A stretch of 64,000 nt of DNA. Source: a virus (taxonomy: Duplodnaviria; Caudoviricetes). Of this stretch, positions 18,210 to 28,280 are shown piece after piece. How positions within the stretch are numbered: the first letter of the stretch is position 1; the number at the start of each line of letters is the position of its first letter. A program made the position numbers and the translations under genes. The stretch spans positions 1-64,000 of the IMG/VR virus record IMGVR_UViG_2706795407_000001; one strand, given 5' to 3'. Below the pieces are notes generated by a model. The model did no database searches. It saw only the letters and a program-made list of their open reading frames with translations, and was not told where the DNA came from.

Positions 18210-19884
18210 CCCTGGGGATGACGTTTATCTCGGCTCAGTCCTTGTCAACATGCACTGCTGGGGCATGGTGTCTGATCTGTCCACACCGGGCGGCATTACC
18301 GGCACTTTCGAGGTTGCGCAGAATGACGGCGCGATCACGATGGACGCGCTTGTGGGTCCGCAAGGCCCCCCTGGCGAGAACGCCCCGATTGTCAAGATGC
18401 AATACCAGTCGAGCATTGATGATCCGGACGATTTGCCGGACAACTTGACTGACGATCCGGCCGATATTGGTAAAGCCTGGTGGGTGGGCAACATTGTTTA
18501 TCTGTGGGATGGGGAGCATTACGTCCCGAAGCAGATGGGTACACAGGGGCCTCCTGGGCCGGTGCCGAACATTCATCCTACGGTTCAGTTGCTGGACCCG
18601 GATGATGACAATGTTCAGTCGGAGATTGTGGTTTCCGGCACGGCGTCTAATCCTGGCTGGTTGTTGAAGTTGAAGGCCCCTAAGGGGCCTAAGGGCGATA
18701 ATGCGACGATCCGTGATGCCACGGATTATGACGATTCGATTCCGCCTGCTGCTGGTCAGGTGATCACGTGGGATGGGTCGAATTATGCGCCGAAGGATTT
18801 TAACCCTTTGGCGACGAAGATTTATTCGATCCCCGAGGCGGCATTCACCAACTATACGGGTATCACTACTAGGCATCAGATTGCGTCGTTCCCCCTGCCT
18901 CCGCAGGAGTTTGATTGGCAGCCGATTGTTTTCGGCCATATCAAAGCCGCAGGTTTGGAGTCGGATTCGACCCCGTTTGAAATCGGCATGGAGGTTCGTC
19001 TTGGCGATCCTACGTCGGGCGAGTTGATTGGTCGCGGGTTCGGCAACAGCTCTCGCTGGACCACTGTGGTGCCGCATTATTCGACACCTGGCGCGCCATC
19101 GACTGCGGTCACGCCGGACAACAATGTGGGTGTTGTTCCCGCATATCACACGGGGACCGCTGGGACTATCTATGTGAACTTGTACAACGATGGCCCTATC
19201 GGCGGCTTGTATAGCTTCAACCGAAAGAACGCACAGCTTGTTGTGATGGTCGTTCCGGTGTCCCCGATTGAGGACATTGATTGGGCGGGGTATCGGCCCG
19301 CCAATGCAACCACCTACAGGGTTGTCGGAACATTCCCGTACGACATTCCAGATTGGGTTGAAGAGGGCGACGCTATCGACGTTATCGCCTTGGGCGGTGG
19401 CGGTGGTGGTGGTGCCGCTTCGGCGCTCATCGGCACGGGCCAGGGCGGTAATGCTGGTAGCTGGGCGACGGAAACGCTGATTTACGGTGTTGATATTCCC
19501 ACGTCGACGCACCAATTGTCGGTCACTGTGGGTAATGGTGGTTCGCCCGGTACTAACCCTGTGACGGGCGCTTGGGGTGCCCCCGGTGGGGATTCGTATG
19601 TGTTCGGTTCGGGCGTTACGCAGATCACCGCTGAGGGTGGTATTGGTGGCGGATCGTTCGGCAACAATCAGCCCGGTAACCCTAATGGCATTAACGGTGG
19701 TTCTGCTGGGAATATGCATTATCAGGGTTTCAACTATTACGGCGGCAATGGTGGCCGTTCGGGTAGGCCTGGCGCTGTTCCCGGTGGTGGCGGTGGTGGT
19801 GGCAACCTTGCTGGCGCTGGCGCGCGCGGCGGCAATGGTGCGGTGTGGATTTCCGCCCGAAAGGTTCAGTCTTCCGGCAGCTAG
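18202..19884 (+). CDS. Minor tail protein with collagen-like and Gly-rich segments
   Basis: GPQGPPG, GPKGPKGD, C-terminal GGGGGG-rich domain; ends in GS. Confidence 0.85.
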   Translation: MPNPGDDVYLGSVLVNMHCWGMVSDLSTPGGITGTFEVAQNDGAITMDALVGPQGPPGENAPIVKMQYQSSIDDPDDLPDNLTDDPADIGKAWWVGNIVYLWDGEHYVPKQMGTQGPPGPVPNIHPTVQLLDPDDDNVQSEIVVSGTASNPGWLLKLKAPKGPKGDNATIRDATDYDDSIPPAAGQVITWDGSNYAPKDFNPLATKIYSIPEAAFTNYTGITTRHQIASFPLPPQEFDWQPIVFGHIKAAGLESDSTPFEIGMEVRLGDPTSGELIGRGFGNSSRWTTVVPHYSTPGAPSTAVTPDNNVGVVPAYHTGTAGTIYVNLYNDGPIGGLYSFNRKNAQLVVMVVPVSPIEDIDWAGYRPANATTYRVVGTFPYDIPDWVEEGDAIDVIALGGGGGGGAASALIGTGQGGNAGSWATETLIYGVDIPTSTHQLSVTVGNGGSPGTNPVTGAWGAPGGDSYVFGSGVTQITAEGGIGGGSFGNNQPGNPNGINGGSAGNMHYQGFNYYGGNGGRSGRPGAVPGGGGGGGNLAGAGARGGNGAVWISARKVQSSGS

Positions 19885-19930
19885 TTGGATGTTGTGCGGT
19901 CAATTGACCTATGAAAGAGGTATTTAGCTT

Positions 19931-22501
19931 ATGCCAAGGGCTTTTGACCGTCACACTCCTATTGCGGATTATGATCCGACAAATGTTCTGGAGTTTGACG
20001 CTAGCTCGTTTGTCGCCCAGTTGGGGGATGTTTGGAAACTCATTTGGGCGACCCTCACTGAGGGTATAGACAACTCTTTCAAGGCTCTGTTGCGGGCTTT
20101 GTTGGGTGGTTTTCCTGATGATATTGAGATTTCGTTTGATGATCTGATTGCGCAGTTGGCGGCGTGGGTGTCGAACATTGACGACATCCTCGGACATGTT
20201 CCGCTGATCGGTGACTTGATCGAAGCTATCACCGGCAGGGAAGATGGCGACCTGAACGATTTGGGAACATGGTTCCTGAATCTTCGGAACTTTCTCGCCA
20301 ATATCAATTTTGGCGATCCTAACTTTAACCTGTTGGATGCGGCTGCGCAGTTTGTGAGCCTTCTGCTCGCACCGTTGCGGAACGTTCTCCCGCAGTTGTT
20401 GACGTTCCTGCCTATTGGGGCGATCACCAACCGCACCCCGAACCTACTGGCCGCGCCTAAGTTCTCGGCAGGGTCTATTGATTCCGGTTCGGAATGGGTT
20501 ATTGATCCTAGTAAATCCCATTCGTCGGACGGTACGGGCGCTGTGCGCGTTCTCGCCAACAGTAAGCTGCATGCTTTGCGCTCCAACGTCATCGGTGTTG
20601 GCGGTGGACAGAAGGTTGATGTCTCGATCTATGTGACCTATCAGGGTTACGAGGGTTCTGGTGCGCCGATCCGCCTTGAGGTTGTGCCGTATATCAATGA
20701 TGTGGAGCAAGCCCCGGTTCCCGTAGCCGCACATACTCCCCAGTCGCAGAATGCGGGCTGGACACTTCTGTCGGGTCGGTACACAGTCCCCGAGGGCGTG
20801 ACAAGCATGCAGTTGCGTCTCGTGGTGGACACTTCTGCCACCGAGGGAACGGTGTGGTTTGACGACGCCGAGGTGAAACAAACAGGCACCATCCTTCAGG
20901 AATGGGTGGATGGTTTGCCGGATGTTCTGCAAACCTTGCTGACCCGTGTGCAGGTCACCATTGACACGGTGGTTAATGCTCTTCGCGGCGGTATTGAAAC
21001 AACCCTCAACACGTTTGAGGATTTGTTTGATGCGTTGAAGAACATCAACCCCGCGAACATTATCGGCATGCTCGGCCCCGGTAACCTGATCGAAACCATT
21101 GAGGGCATCGTCAACAATATCGTTGGCGGTCTGGTCGGTGTTGTGGGTGGCGGGGCTGGTCTTGCTGATTTGTTCAATATTCTGCGGGAGATTTCGTCCC
21201 GAGCCAGTCGTGGTGATTTCGCGTGGATCATTCAAGGCATCCGCACCAACAAGCCCGCAGCGGGCGGACTCGGCCCCTCGGAACGATCCAATATGAATCT
21301 CTCCGAGATTACTGGTTGGGTGTCCGCCACTCAAAGTTCATCGTTGATCGCGTGGGACTATATCGAAGAATCGATGCCTATCGGCGCTATCTCCTGGATG
21401 GGTAAAGGCGTCTCGGGCATCACCGAGTTCTATGTCCATGTGTGGAAGATGGACACCTCCACTGGCGTTCCTGAACGTATTCATTCCTCGGAGAACATTC
21501 TCAGTGTTATTGCCGACGCTGGCAGTGCCGATCCCGATGCTGGGGCGTATCTGCAATACGAACTGCCCCAGGAGGAAGTGATTCCTGCTGAGGCGAGCGA
21601 CCTGTTGGGGTATGAGTTTGTTCCTGTCGGTGGGACGCATGAGATTCGCGGCAGGGTGGATAGTTTTCCGCTGCATCCGACCGCCCCCATCTCTAAGCGG
21701 GCATCAACACGCGACAACACCACCAACCCCTCAAACCCGCCGTTAACCATTCCCCGCAACAACATTGTGTGGTCGGATAACGTGCCGTGGGTTGGCATCG
21801 CTGTCGATACGGGCGTTCTTGGTGATCAGCATGACCCCGAGAAAATCTATCTCGGCACCACCACGACAACGATCCCTGTAGCGCGGTGGGTCAACTATAT
21901 CGACCCTGTTGCGCTCGGTGCGGGCGGTGGCGGCCATCAAGGCATCGCCCTCGGCATCAATGGGTCCCCCGGCCAGCCTGGGCAGTTCAATGCCACCACG
22001 TGGGTTCGCGGTGAAGACTTTGACGACAACGCTGTCATCACCTTCACCCCCGGAACTGGCGGAACTGGCGGAATGGGTGGGGGAGCACCCGGTGGGGACA
22101 CGGTCATCACTATCGAAACCCCCGATGGCCCCACGAGGTCAATCACCGCCACGGGCGGTGCCGCAGGAACCAGTACGGGTTTCCTGTCGAGCCCTGTCGG
22201 CCGTGGACCTTCAGAGTTCACGTTCAACGAGCAAGAGTACGTGGGCGGTGGCGACCAGAAAGTCATGGGCGGCAAGGGAACATCTCCCGGCGGTGGCGGC
22301 AACGGTGGTCGCGGTTCGCTCGCAGCTTTCCAGCCTGGCGGCAACGGTGGCCCCGGCGGTGGATGGCTATATCTACGTCCCGATGCTCTGCCTGATCCCG
22401 ATCCGGATTTGACGCCTCCTACCGCGCCTACGTCGGTGGAGTTGGTGGAGTCCACATTCAGCTCTCTCACGATTACATGGTCTGGAGCAACTGACGAGTG
22501 A
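19931..22501 (+). CDS. Minor tail protein with carbohydrate-binding-like domain
   Basis: 856 aa; NLLAAPKF...TVWFDDAEV jelly-roll-like segment, Gly-rich C-terminus, ends with an Fn3-like start DLTPPTAP. Confidence 0.85.
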   Translation: MPRAFDRHTPIADYDPTNVLEFDASSFVAQLGDVWKLIWATLTEGIDNSFKALLRALLGGFPDDIEISFDDLIAQLAAWVSNIDDILGHVPLIGDLIEAITGREDGDLNDLGTWFLNLRNFLANINFGDPNFNLLDAAAQFVSLLLAPLRNVLPQLLTFLPIGAITNRTPNLLAAPKFSAGSIDSGSEWVIDPSKSHSSDGTGAVRVLANSKLHALRSNVIGVGGGQKVDVSIYVTYQGYEGSGAPIRLEVVPYINDVEQAPVPVAAHTPQSQNAGWTLLSGRYTVPEGVTSMQLRLVVDTSATEGTVWFDDAEVKQTGTILQEWVDGLPDVLQTLLTRVQVTIDTVVNALRGGIETTLNTFEDLFDALKNINPANIIGMLGPGNLIETIEGIVNNIVGGLVGVVGGGAGLADLFNILREISSRASRGDFAWIIQGIRTNKPAAGGLGPSERSNMNLSEITGWVSATQSSSLIAWDYIEESMPIGAISWMGKGVSGITEFYVHVWKMDTSTGVPERIHSSENILSVIADAGSADPDAGAYLQYELPQEEVIPAEASDLLGYEFVPVGGTHEIRGRVDSFPLHPTAPISKRASTRDNTTNPSNPPLTIPRNNIVWSDNVPWVGIAVDTGVLGDQHDPEKIYLGTTTTTIPVARWVNYIDPVALGAGGGGHQGIALGINGSPGQPGQFNATTWVRGEDFDDNAVITFTPGTGGTGGMGGGAPGGDTVITIETPDGPTRSITATGGAAGTSTGFLSSPVGRGPSEFTFNEQEYVGGGDQKVMGGKGTSPGGGGNGGRGSLAAFQPGGNGGPGGGWLYLRPDALPDPDPDLTPPTAPTSVELVESTFSSLTITWSGATDE

Positions 22502-24378
22502 CAATTAAAGGCTACTTCGTGTATGCCCGCGAGAAGGATTCCGGCGAGGATTTCGTTCAACTGAATTCTGAGCCGGTCCTTCCCCCGCTTGGGCATAGCG
22601 GGTTGCAGTCCAACACTGCGTACGAGTTCTATGTGAAAACGATAGATAACGCTGGGTGGGTTTCCGATCCGTCCGATGTTTTCGAGTTCACTACTCCTGC
22701 TCATTCTGCGGGTGATCTTTTGTCGCCTGCAGATCAGGCGGCGGTGGATGCGATTGTGGAGGAGTCTCGCGCGGAATCAGGCCAGCCTGGGGTAATCATT
22801 CAGATCACGGGTCCGCGCGGGAATTACACGAAAGCCTACGGCACCACCGTGGGTGGCACTGTTCGCCCCATCACTGTGGATGATCACTTCCGCATGGGCA
22901 GCTCCACAAAAATGTTCACCGCAATAGCGTTCTTTCAAGCGGTGGACAAGGGGCTGATCACCCTTGAGGACACCCTGGAGCAGTATGTTCCCGGCGTGCC
23001 GAACGGCACTGTGATCACGATGGCGCACATGCTGTCGATGCGGTCGGGCATGGCTGAGTACACGGCGGGGATGAACGCTGTCTGGTACACGTTGTTTCCG
23101 ACGTGGCCGTGGAAAGGTGGCGAGGATTTCCTTTCATCCATGAAAGGCCCCTCCAATTTCTATCCTGGCACGGACTACCTGTACACGAACTCTAACTTCA
23201 CGATGATGGGGCTCGTGTTGCAACAGGTGGACCCGGAGCATCGCAACATCAAGCAGATCATCACTGAGGACATTATCGAGCCTTTGGGTTTGGTGGAAAC
23301 GTCGTGGCCTCCCACTGGCCCTGTTCCTCAACCTGCGTCTATCAAGGATTCGATCAACCCGAACTTTCTGGATGCTGCGGGCGCGCTCGCCACAAACATC
23401 AACGACTACACAAAGTTCGCCGAAGCCTTACGGGACAATGTTCTGCTGTCCGAGGAATCGTTCAACACGTGGATGTCCACCTTCTGGAAGCATCCCACGG
23501 GTTGGGATGAGTACGCCAACGGATTTTATATTCCGACCGAGTATTACTACGGCTACGGCATGGAGTGTTTCGGTACTTGGTTCGGACATCCTGGCCTGTT
23601 TTCGGGTGGCTGGTCGTCCACGATTTTCTATGAACGGGAATCGGGCGCAACATTCACCCTGCATGAGAACAAGAACACCACAAGCCCTGTAGCAGCGGGA
23701 TATACCCGTATTTGGGTTCGCGTGGCTGAATACCTGTATCCGGGCACGATCACGAACGACCAGAACTGGCCCGTTCCTGTTGAGCCTGTAGATGTTGGGT
23801 TTGATGCGATCTCTGATCCACTGTCTGGGGTGTCCAGCAAATCATCGTCGTTCGCCGCATCAGAGGGTGCCACGGTGTTTGTTGTGGTGTCGTGGGATCG
23901 TTCAGGCTCATCTCCGTCTGTGACCTATAACGGCAGCGGCGGCACACTGATCGGGTCGATATCGAACAATGACGACCCGTCGAATGGCGGCTTGGCGATC
24001 TTCCGCATGGACGCGCCAGGCACAGGGACGGCGAGACCGTTGAAGGTGACCGCTCCTGGTTGGCTGAGTGCTTACGCCATCTCGTTCAATAATGTTACGA
24101 GCGTTGGGGAACCGACTTATGCGCATGGCTCGGGCGTTGACCATATCCATGAGGTCACGGTCCCCAGTGGTGTGACGTTGCAGGCGTTCGGCGCTGGCGG
24201 CGGGCCATCGTACGACTTCACGTCAGTGGTTGGGGCGAAGCTGCGCGCCAAGCAAGAGGGCACCAATCCTTTGTTGTGCGTGAATACCACAACGAATAGC
24301 GGGACCGTGCGTGCTACATCGTCGCAAAGCAACAAGTGGTCATCGATGGCGGTGAATCTGCAAATCGGGGGGAGTTAA
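22498..24378 (+). CDS. Minor tail protein with serine beta-lactamase / D-Ala-D-Ala carboxypeptidase domain
   Basis: SxxK (GSSTK), YxN (YTN), HxG (GHPG); ends in GS. Confidence 0.85.
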   Translation: MTIKGYFVYAREKDSGEDFVQLNSEPVLPPLGHSGLQSNTAYEFYVKTIDNAGWVSDPSDVFEFTTPAHSAGDLLSPADQAAVDAIVEESRAESGQPGVIIQITGPRGNYTKAYGTTVGGTVRPITVDDHFRMGSSTKMFTAIAFFQAVDKGLITLEDTLEQYVPGVPNGTVITMAHMLSMRSGMAEYTAGMNAVWYTLFPTWPWKGGEDFLSSMKGPSNFYPGTDYLYTNSNFTMMGLVLQQVDPEHRNIKQIITEDIIEPLGLVETSWPPTGPVPQPASIKDSINPNFLDAAGALATNINDYTKFAEALRDNVLLSEESFNTWMSTFWKHPTGWDEYANGFYIPTEYYYGYGMECFGTWFGHPGLFSGGWSSTIFYERESGATFTLHENKNTTSPVAAGYTRIWVRVAEYLYPGTITNDQNWPVPVEPVDVGFDAISDPLSGVSSKSSSFAASEGATVFVVVSWDRSGSSPSVTYNGSGGTLIGSISNNDDPSNGGLAIFRMDAPGTGTARPLKVTAPGWLSAYAISFNNVTSVGEPTYAHGSGVDHIHEVTVPSGVTLQAFGAGGGPSYDFTSVVGAKLRAKQEGTNPLLCVNTTTNSGTVRATSSQSNKWSSMAVNLQIGGS

Positions 24379-24380
24379 TT

Positions 24381-25535
24381 GTGATTGGATGGTGGGCAGA
24401 ACGACACGTCGGGTTCACTGTGGAACTCTCCCCGCAGGTGGGTTTTGTGTATGGTGGGCCGTCGCAAGAGTTCGGCATCATCCTTTCCCCCGAGGTGGGA
24501 ATGTCGGCGGTGTCGCATTCCCGCGCCACCTTCGGGCTGGAGCTGTCACCCGCGATTGGCGCGTCGGCGAGCAGCCACAGTGTCGCATCGTTCGGGCTCA
24601 CTCTCGACCCGTATATCGCCATGCGCGGTCCAGGAAGCTTCACACCACTGTTCCCGTCCGAGAATCTGTTTCCGTCGTACCAGTTGTTTCCGACGCCGCG
24701 CAGTCAACGGCCAGGGTTCGGGTTGTCGCTGTCGCCAAGTTTGGGATTCTCCGCCGAGGTGGGGTATTCGAGGGAGTTTTCTCTCACCGTTACCCCCGAG
24801 TTGGGCATGTCGGCGGCGGAGCGGTATTCGTCAGGGTTTGGTGTGGAAGTCACCCCACAGATCGGCATGCAAGCTTCGGAACGGTACGCCCGCGAATTCA
24901 CCGTGGAAGTATCGCCGACGATCGGCATGGACGCTGTCGGGAACAATGGTGTCGACCCCGTGGAGTTCGATGCCGCCTCAATAGTGAACTTCTCAACAGC
25001 CGACTTCACCTACACCCATACCGCCACGGCGGGCGCGGCCGTGGTGGTGGCGGTTCTGGTTACGGGCAACGGCACAATGAACGGCGTCACTTATGGCGGT
25101 ACGCCCATGTCGAGCATGGGCAGTGTCAGTGTCAACAACAATGCCGCTACGGGAACGTTGTGGCTGTACTTCCTTGACAATGTTCCTGGCGGGATGCAGG
25201 ACATCGACATCGACAAGAACGGATTCGGTTGGTGCCGTTCGGCGGCGTCGTCCTACCTGAATGTTGATTCATGCAGCATGGTTGATGGCGCATACGGTTC
25301 AAGCATTACCGCGAATCATCCCGCAACATCCACGCCTGGCGGAATGGTTGTCTATTCGGTGGGTATCACCAACAACTCCGCTATCTCACTGTCGGGTGGC
25401 AATACTCGCGCCAATGCCAGCAACACGGGTGGTTCGCTGCTTGTGGGCGATTCGATTCCGGACGCAACTTTCTCGGCAACGTTCGCATCCTCTCAGGCGT
25501 GGGCGTCGGGCTACGTGGTTCTTTCTCCAGCATAA
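24381..25535 (+). CDS. Minor tail protein with about 8 internal FxxxxSPxxG repeats
   Basis: FTVELSPQVG, FGIILSPEVG, FGLELSPAIG, FGLSLSPSLG, FSLTVTPELG, FGVEVTPQIG, FTVEVSPTIG. Confidence 0.75.
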   Translation: MIGWWAERHVGFTVELSPQVGFVYGGPSQEFGIILSPEVGMSAVSHSRATFGLELSPAIGASASSHSVASFGLTLDPYIAMRGPGSFTPLFPSENLFPSYQLFPTPRSQRPGFGLSLSPSLGFSAEVGYSREFSLTVTPELGMSAAERYSSGFGVEVTPQIGMQASERYAREFTVEVSPTIGMDAVGNNGVDPVEFDAASIVNFSTADFTYTHTATAGAAVVVAVLVTGNGTMNGVTYGGTPMSSMGSVSVNNNAATGTLWLYFLDNVPGGMQDIDIDKNGFGWCRSAASSYLNVDSCSMVDGAYGSSITANHPATSTPGGMVVYSVGITNNSAISLSGGNTRANASNTGGSLLVGDSIPDATFSATFASSQAWASGYVVLSPA

Positions 25536-25557
25536 AAACATCAAAGGACATAAATTA

Positions 25558-25899
25558 ATGGCTATTCCTAACGCAACGCATAAGGCCGCGTCGGACGCTA
25601 TCGCCGCGCTCGGGGACTACATCAGCGTTCATACGGGCGCTGCTGGCACCACAGGCACCAACGAGGCGACCGGCGGTGGCTATGCACGCCAGCAGACAGT
25701 CTGGACGAGCGGCGCAACCGGCATCAACACGGGCGATGAGGTGACTATTCCTGTCGCGGCCGGCACCTATGTGGAGGCTGGTATCTACTCGGCGGTTTCT
25801 GGCGGCACCTTTGTGGGTTCGGCCGAGTTCGATGATGGGGACGTCGAGGTCAGTGGCTCGGGAGCGAGCATCGACGTAACCCCAAGGATCGTGGCCTGA
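25558..25899 (+). CDS. Minor tail protein
   Basis: MAIPNATHKAA...YISVHTGAAGTTGTNEATGGGYARQ; RBS AAAGGA upstream. Confidence 0.75.
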   Translation: MAIPNATHKAASDAIAALGDYISVHTGAAGTTGTNEATGGGYARQQTVWTSGATGINTGDEVTIPVAAGTYVEAGIYSAVSGGTFVGSAEFDDGDVEVSGSGASIDVTPRIVA

Positions 25900-26153
25900 T
25901 GAGAATTAAAACTGACCATCAGATTGTCGAATTCGGCAATGACCTGATGGGGTTGTTCGACTCGAACGGCACGCTCATCACACAAGGCGAGCGCACCACT
26001 ACAGGTTGGAAAGTAACCGCTATTGGCGTGTCCGATGTCAATGTGGGCAATCGTTCTGATGCGATCACCGCCATGATCAACATGGCGCTGGAGGTTTTGC
26101 CGGGTGAGGGGTATTCGTGCCTGGTTCCGCGCGGCTTGAGGGCGCAACCCTGA
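25899..26153 (+). CDS. Hypothetical protein
   Basis: Coupled ORF in tail operon. Confidence 0.65.
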   Translation: MRIKTDHQIVEFGNDLMGLFDSNGTLITQGERTTTGWKVTAIGVSDVNVGNRSDAITAMINMALEVLPGEGYSCLVPRGLRAQP

Positions 26154-26168
26154 CGGAAGGGGATTTGA

Positions 26169-26807
26169 ATGGCTTACGAAAAGCAGCCATGGGTTAACGA
26201 ACCGTCAACAGACACTCCTTTGTCCGCCGATAGACTCAACCATATGGAAGATGGTATTGAGGCTGCCCATGATCTTGCTGACGAGAAAGCCGACCTTGTT
26301 CACGAGCATATTTTAGCGGATGTTACTGACATCACCGCGACTGGTTTGGCTCTCGCGGGCGCGGCAGATAACGATGCGGCGCTCGCGGCTCTGCAACCAG
26401 AGCTGGATGACAAAATCTACGGCATTGTCGACTATTATGCGAATAATGATCTGGATGTTCAGATAGACGCCTCTGATGTGGTGTCGGGCAAGCTGGACAT
26501 CAATCGTATCCCTGTGGGTAATAGTGGGTCCACGGTGTGTGTTGGTAATGATTCGCGCCTGTCGGACCAGCGGACACCCTCGGACAACTCGGTGACCCTG
26601 GCCAAGATTCAGGACGGTGCGATCACCAACGCGAAGATCAGTACCGGCGCGGCGATTGCGAAATCGAAGCTGGCTTCGGATGTGCAAACCTCACTGGGTA
26701 AAGCGGATTCGTCGGTGCAGAAATCCGGCAGCGCGTCCGGGATGTGGATGGGCACCACCCTTCCTGGTACCGGCACGGCGGGTGTGTTGTACGTGGTGGT
26801 GCCGTGA
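26169..26807 (+). CDS. Minor tail / fibre protein
   Basis: PLSADRLNHMEDGIE, HEHILADVTD, DNSVTLAKIQDGAITNAKI fibre-like repeats. Confidence 0.75.
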   Translation: MAYEKQPWVNEPSTDTPLSADRLNHMEDGIEAAHDLADEKADLVHEHILADVTDITATGLALAGAADNDAALAALQPELDDKIYGIVDYYANNDLDVQIDASDVVSGKLDINRIPVGNSGSTVCVGNDSRLSDQRTPSDNSVTLAKIQDGAITNAKISTGAAIAKSKLASDVQTSLGKADSSVQKSGSASGMWMGTTLPGTGTAGVLYVVVP

Positions 26808-27628
26808 AAGTTTGGAACGGCACGGCGTTCGTTGACCCCACCGCGTTCAAAGTGTGGAACGGGTCGGCGTTCGTCAACCCTGAGTTGTACACGTGGAACG
26901 GGACCAGCTTTGACAAGGTGTGGCCGTCGTTTGAACCGTTCACGATCTCCAGCGAAGACCCTGGCTACGAGGATCTGATCGACGAGCAGGTGCCCGAGGG
27001 CGCATCCGGTTGCTGGGTCACCCTCGGTGGTGCGGGCGGCGGCGGCGGCTCCGGCCGCAGAGCCAACTCCGGCTACCGCTACGGCGGCGGCGGTGGTGGT
27101 GGCGGTGGCTACATCGACCGCGTCTGGATTCCACGCGCGTCTCTCGGCTCGACGTATACCCTCGTCCGGGGCCTCGGTGGCGCCGGTGGAGCGCGGGCGG
27201 CGGGATCGTCCAACGGCAATAACGGCGCGCCCGGCGGCTCGACTGTGTTCTCGTCCGGCAGCGTTTCCCTGACGGCTAGCGGAGGGGCAGCAGGCGCGAG
27301 GGGCACTAACTCGTCGTCCAGCGGAAGCGGCGGGGCCGGCGGTACAACCAGCGTCTCCGGCGTATCCGCAACGGGCTATACAGGTGGTAAAGGCGGCAAC
27401 GGCGGTAGTAACCCCTCTAGCGGGCAAAGCCGGACGGACGGTTCAGGCGCTGGCGGCGGCGGCGGGGGCGGCGTGCGTTCCAACGACAACAGCTTCAGCG
27501 GCGGTAGCAACGGAACCAGCTCCGGCCCCGCGGGGAACGGCGGCAGGGGGACTGACGGGAGCATAAACACGGGCGGATCAAACGCAGGCAGCGGCGGTGA
27601 CGGCTACGTCCTGATCGAGTGGGAATAA
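26804..27628 (+). CDS. Gly-rich minor tail protein
   Basis: GTG overlapping the upstream stop; KVWNG repeats and extensive poly-Gly. Confidence 0.75.
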   Translation: MKVWNGTAFVDPTAFKVWNGSAFVNPELYTWNGTSFDKVWPSFEPFTISSEDPGYEDLIDEQVPEGASGCWVTLGGAGGGGGSGRRANSGYRYGGGGGGGGGYIDRVWIPRASLGSTYTLVRGLGGAGGARAAGSSNGNNGAPGGSTVFSSGSVSLTASGGAAGARGTNSSSSGSGGAGGTTSVSGVSATGYTGGKGGNGGSNPSSGQSRTDGSGAGGGGGGGVRSNDNSFSGGSNGTSSGPAGNGGRGTDGSINTGGSNAGSGGDGYVLIEWE

Positions 27629-27634
27629 CCCCCG

Positions 27635-27832
27635 CTAACGGTTCGGGTCACCAGCAGCGCGGAGTTGATACACACGCTGCTTGGAAAGCTTCAGGGCGCG
27701 GCCAATGTCATGCCACGTGATGCCGTGGACAGTCATCGCCTCGTAGACGAGGGCAGCCAGTTCGGCATCAAGCTCGGCGATAGTCGCTGCGCGTTTCTGC
27801 CGGTTGGCGATCATGCGGTCGATGATTGTCAC
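27635..27832 (-). CDS. Small HTH DNA-binding protein, reverse-oriented
   Basis: ITWHDIGRALKLSKQRVYQL; TACACT box 7 nt upstream of GTG suggests a leaderless mRNA. Confidence 0.75.
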   Translation of the reverse strand: MTIIDRMIANRQKRAATIAELDAELAALVYEAMTVHGITWHDIGRALKLSKQRVYQLRAAGDPNR

Positions 27833-27980
27833 ATCTAGGAGTGTATCTCAAAGAAACACTTGTGCACGTGGTCAAACGCGGTTAGACTCGCGTTCATCAA
27901 CTTGAGACACCGCCCGGCGGGGCGATAGGCCTGAGAAACCAACCCCGCCGGACGGCCCACCCCCAACAGGAGGCCCACCA

Positions 27981-28280
27981 ATGCTACGCACCACCACCGC
28001 GACTGTCTTCGCAATCGCCGCACTCGCCCTCGGAATACCCGCAGTCGCTGATGCCGCACCCGCCCACTGCGCGAATCACGGCACAGGCCACGGGCACATC
28101 TACAAACACGCCTGCGCTAAGGGTAGCGGCGGCGGCGGTACGGGATGGGTGATGGTGAAAAACGAGGACGGCACCCCGAAAACCATCGTCAAAGACGGCA
28201 AGAAGCATCACCTTTACAAGTGCAAGGCACGCTGCGGCGGCGGCAACTACGCCAAAACCGTCAAAGGCGAAGATCGTTAA
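27981..28280 (+). CDS. Secreted Cys/His-rich protein
   Basis: Signal peptide MLRTTTATVFAIAALALGIPAVADA; RBS CAGGAGG. Confidence 0.75.
   Translation: MLRTTTATVFAIAALALGIPAVADAAPAHCANHGTGHGHIYKHACAKGSGGGGTGWVMVKNEDGTPKTIVKDGKKHHLYKCKARCGGGNYAKTVKGEDR

Noticed and set aside
18235-19719. 494-aa minus-strand ORF
   Set aside because: Antisense to a Gly-rich minor tail gene
24389-25177. Alternative plus-frame ORFs of 199 and 262 aa
   Set aside because: Nested in the repeat-containing minor tail gene; Arg/Ser-rich off-frame composition
26950-27620. GGC-rich repeats
   Set aside because: Explained by poly-Gly coding in a tail protein
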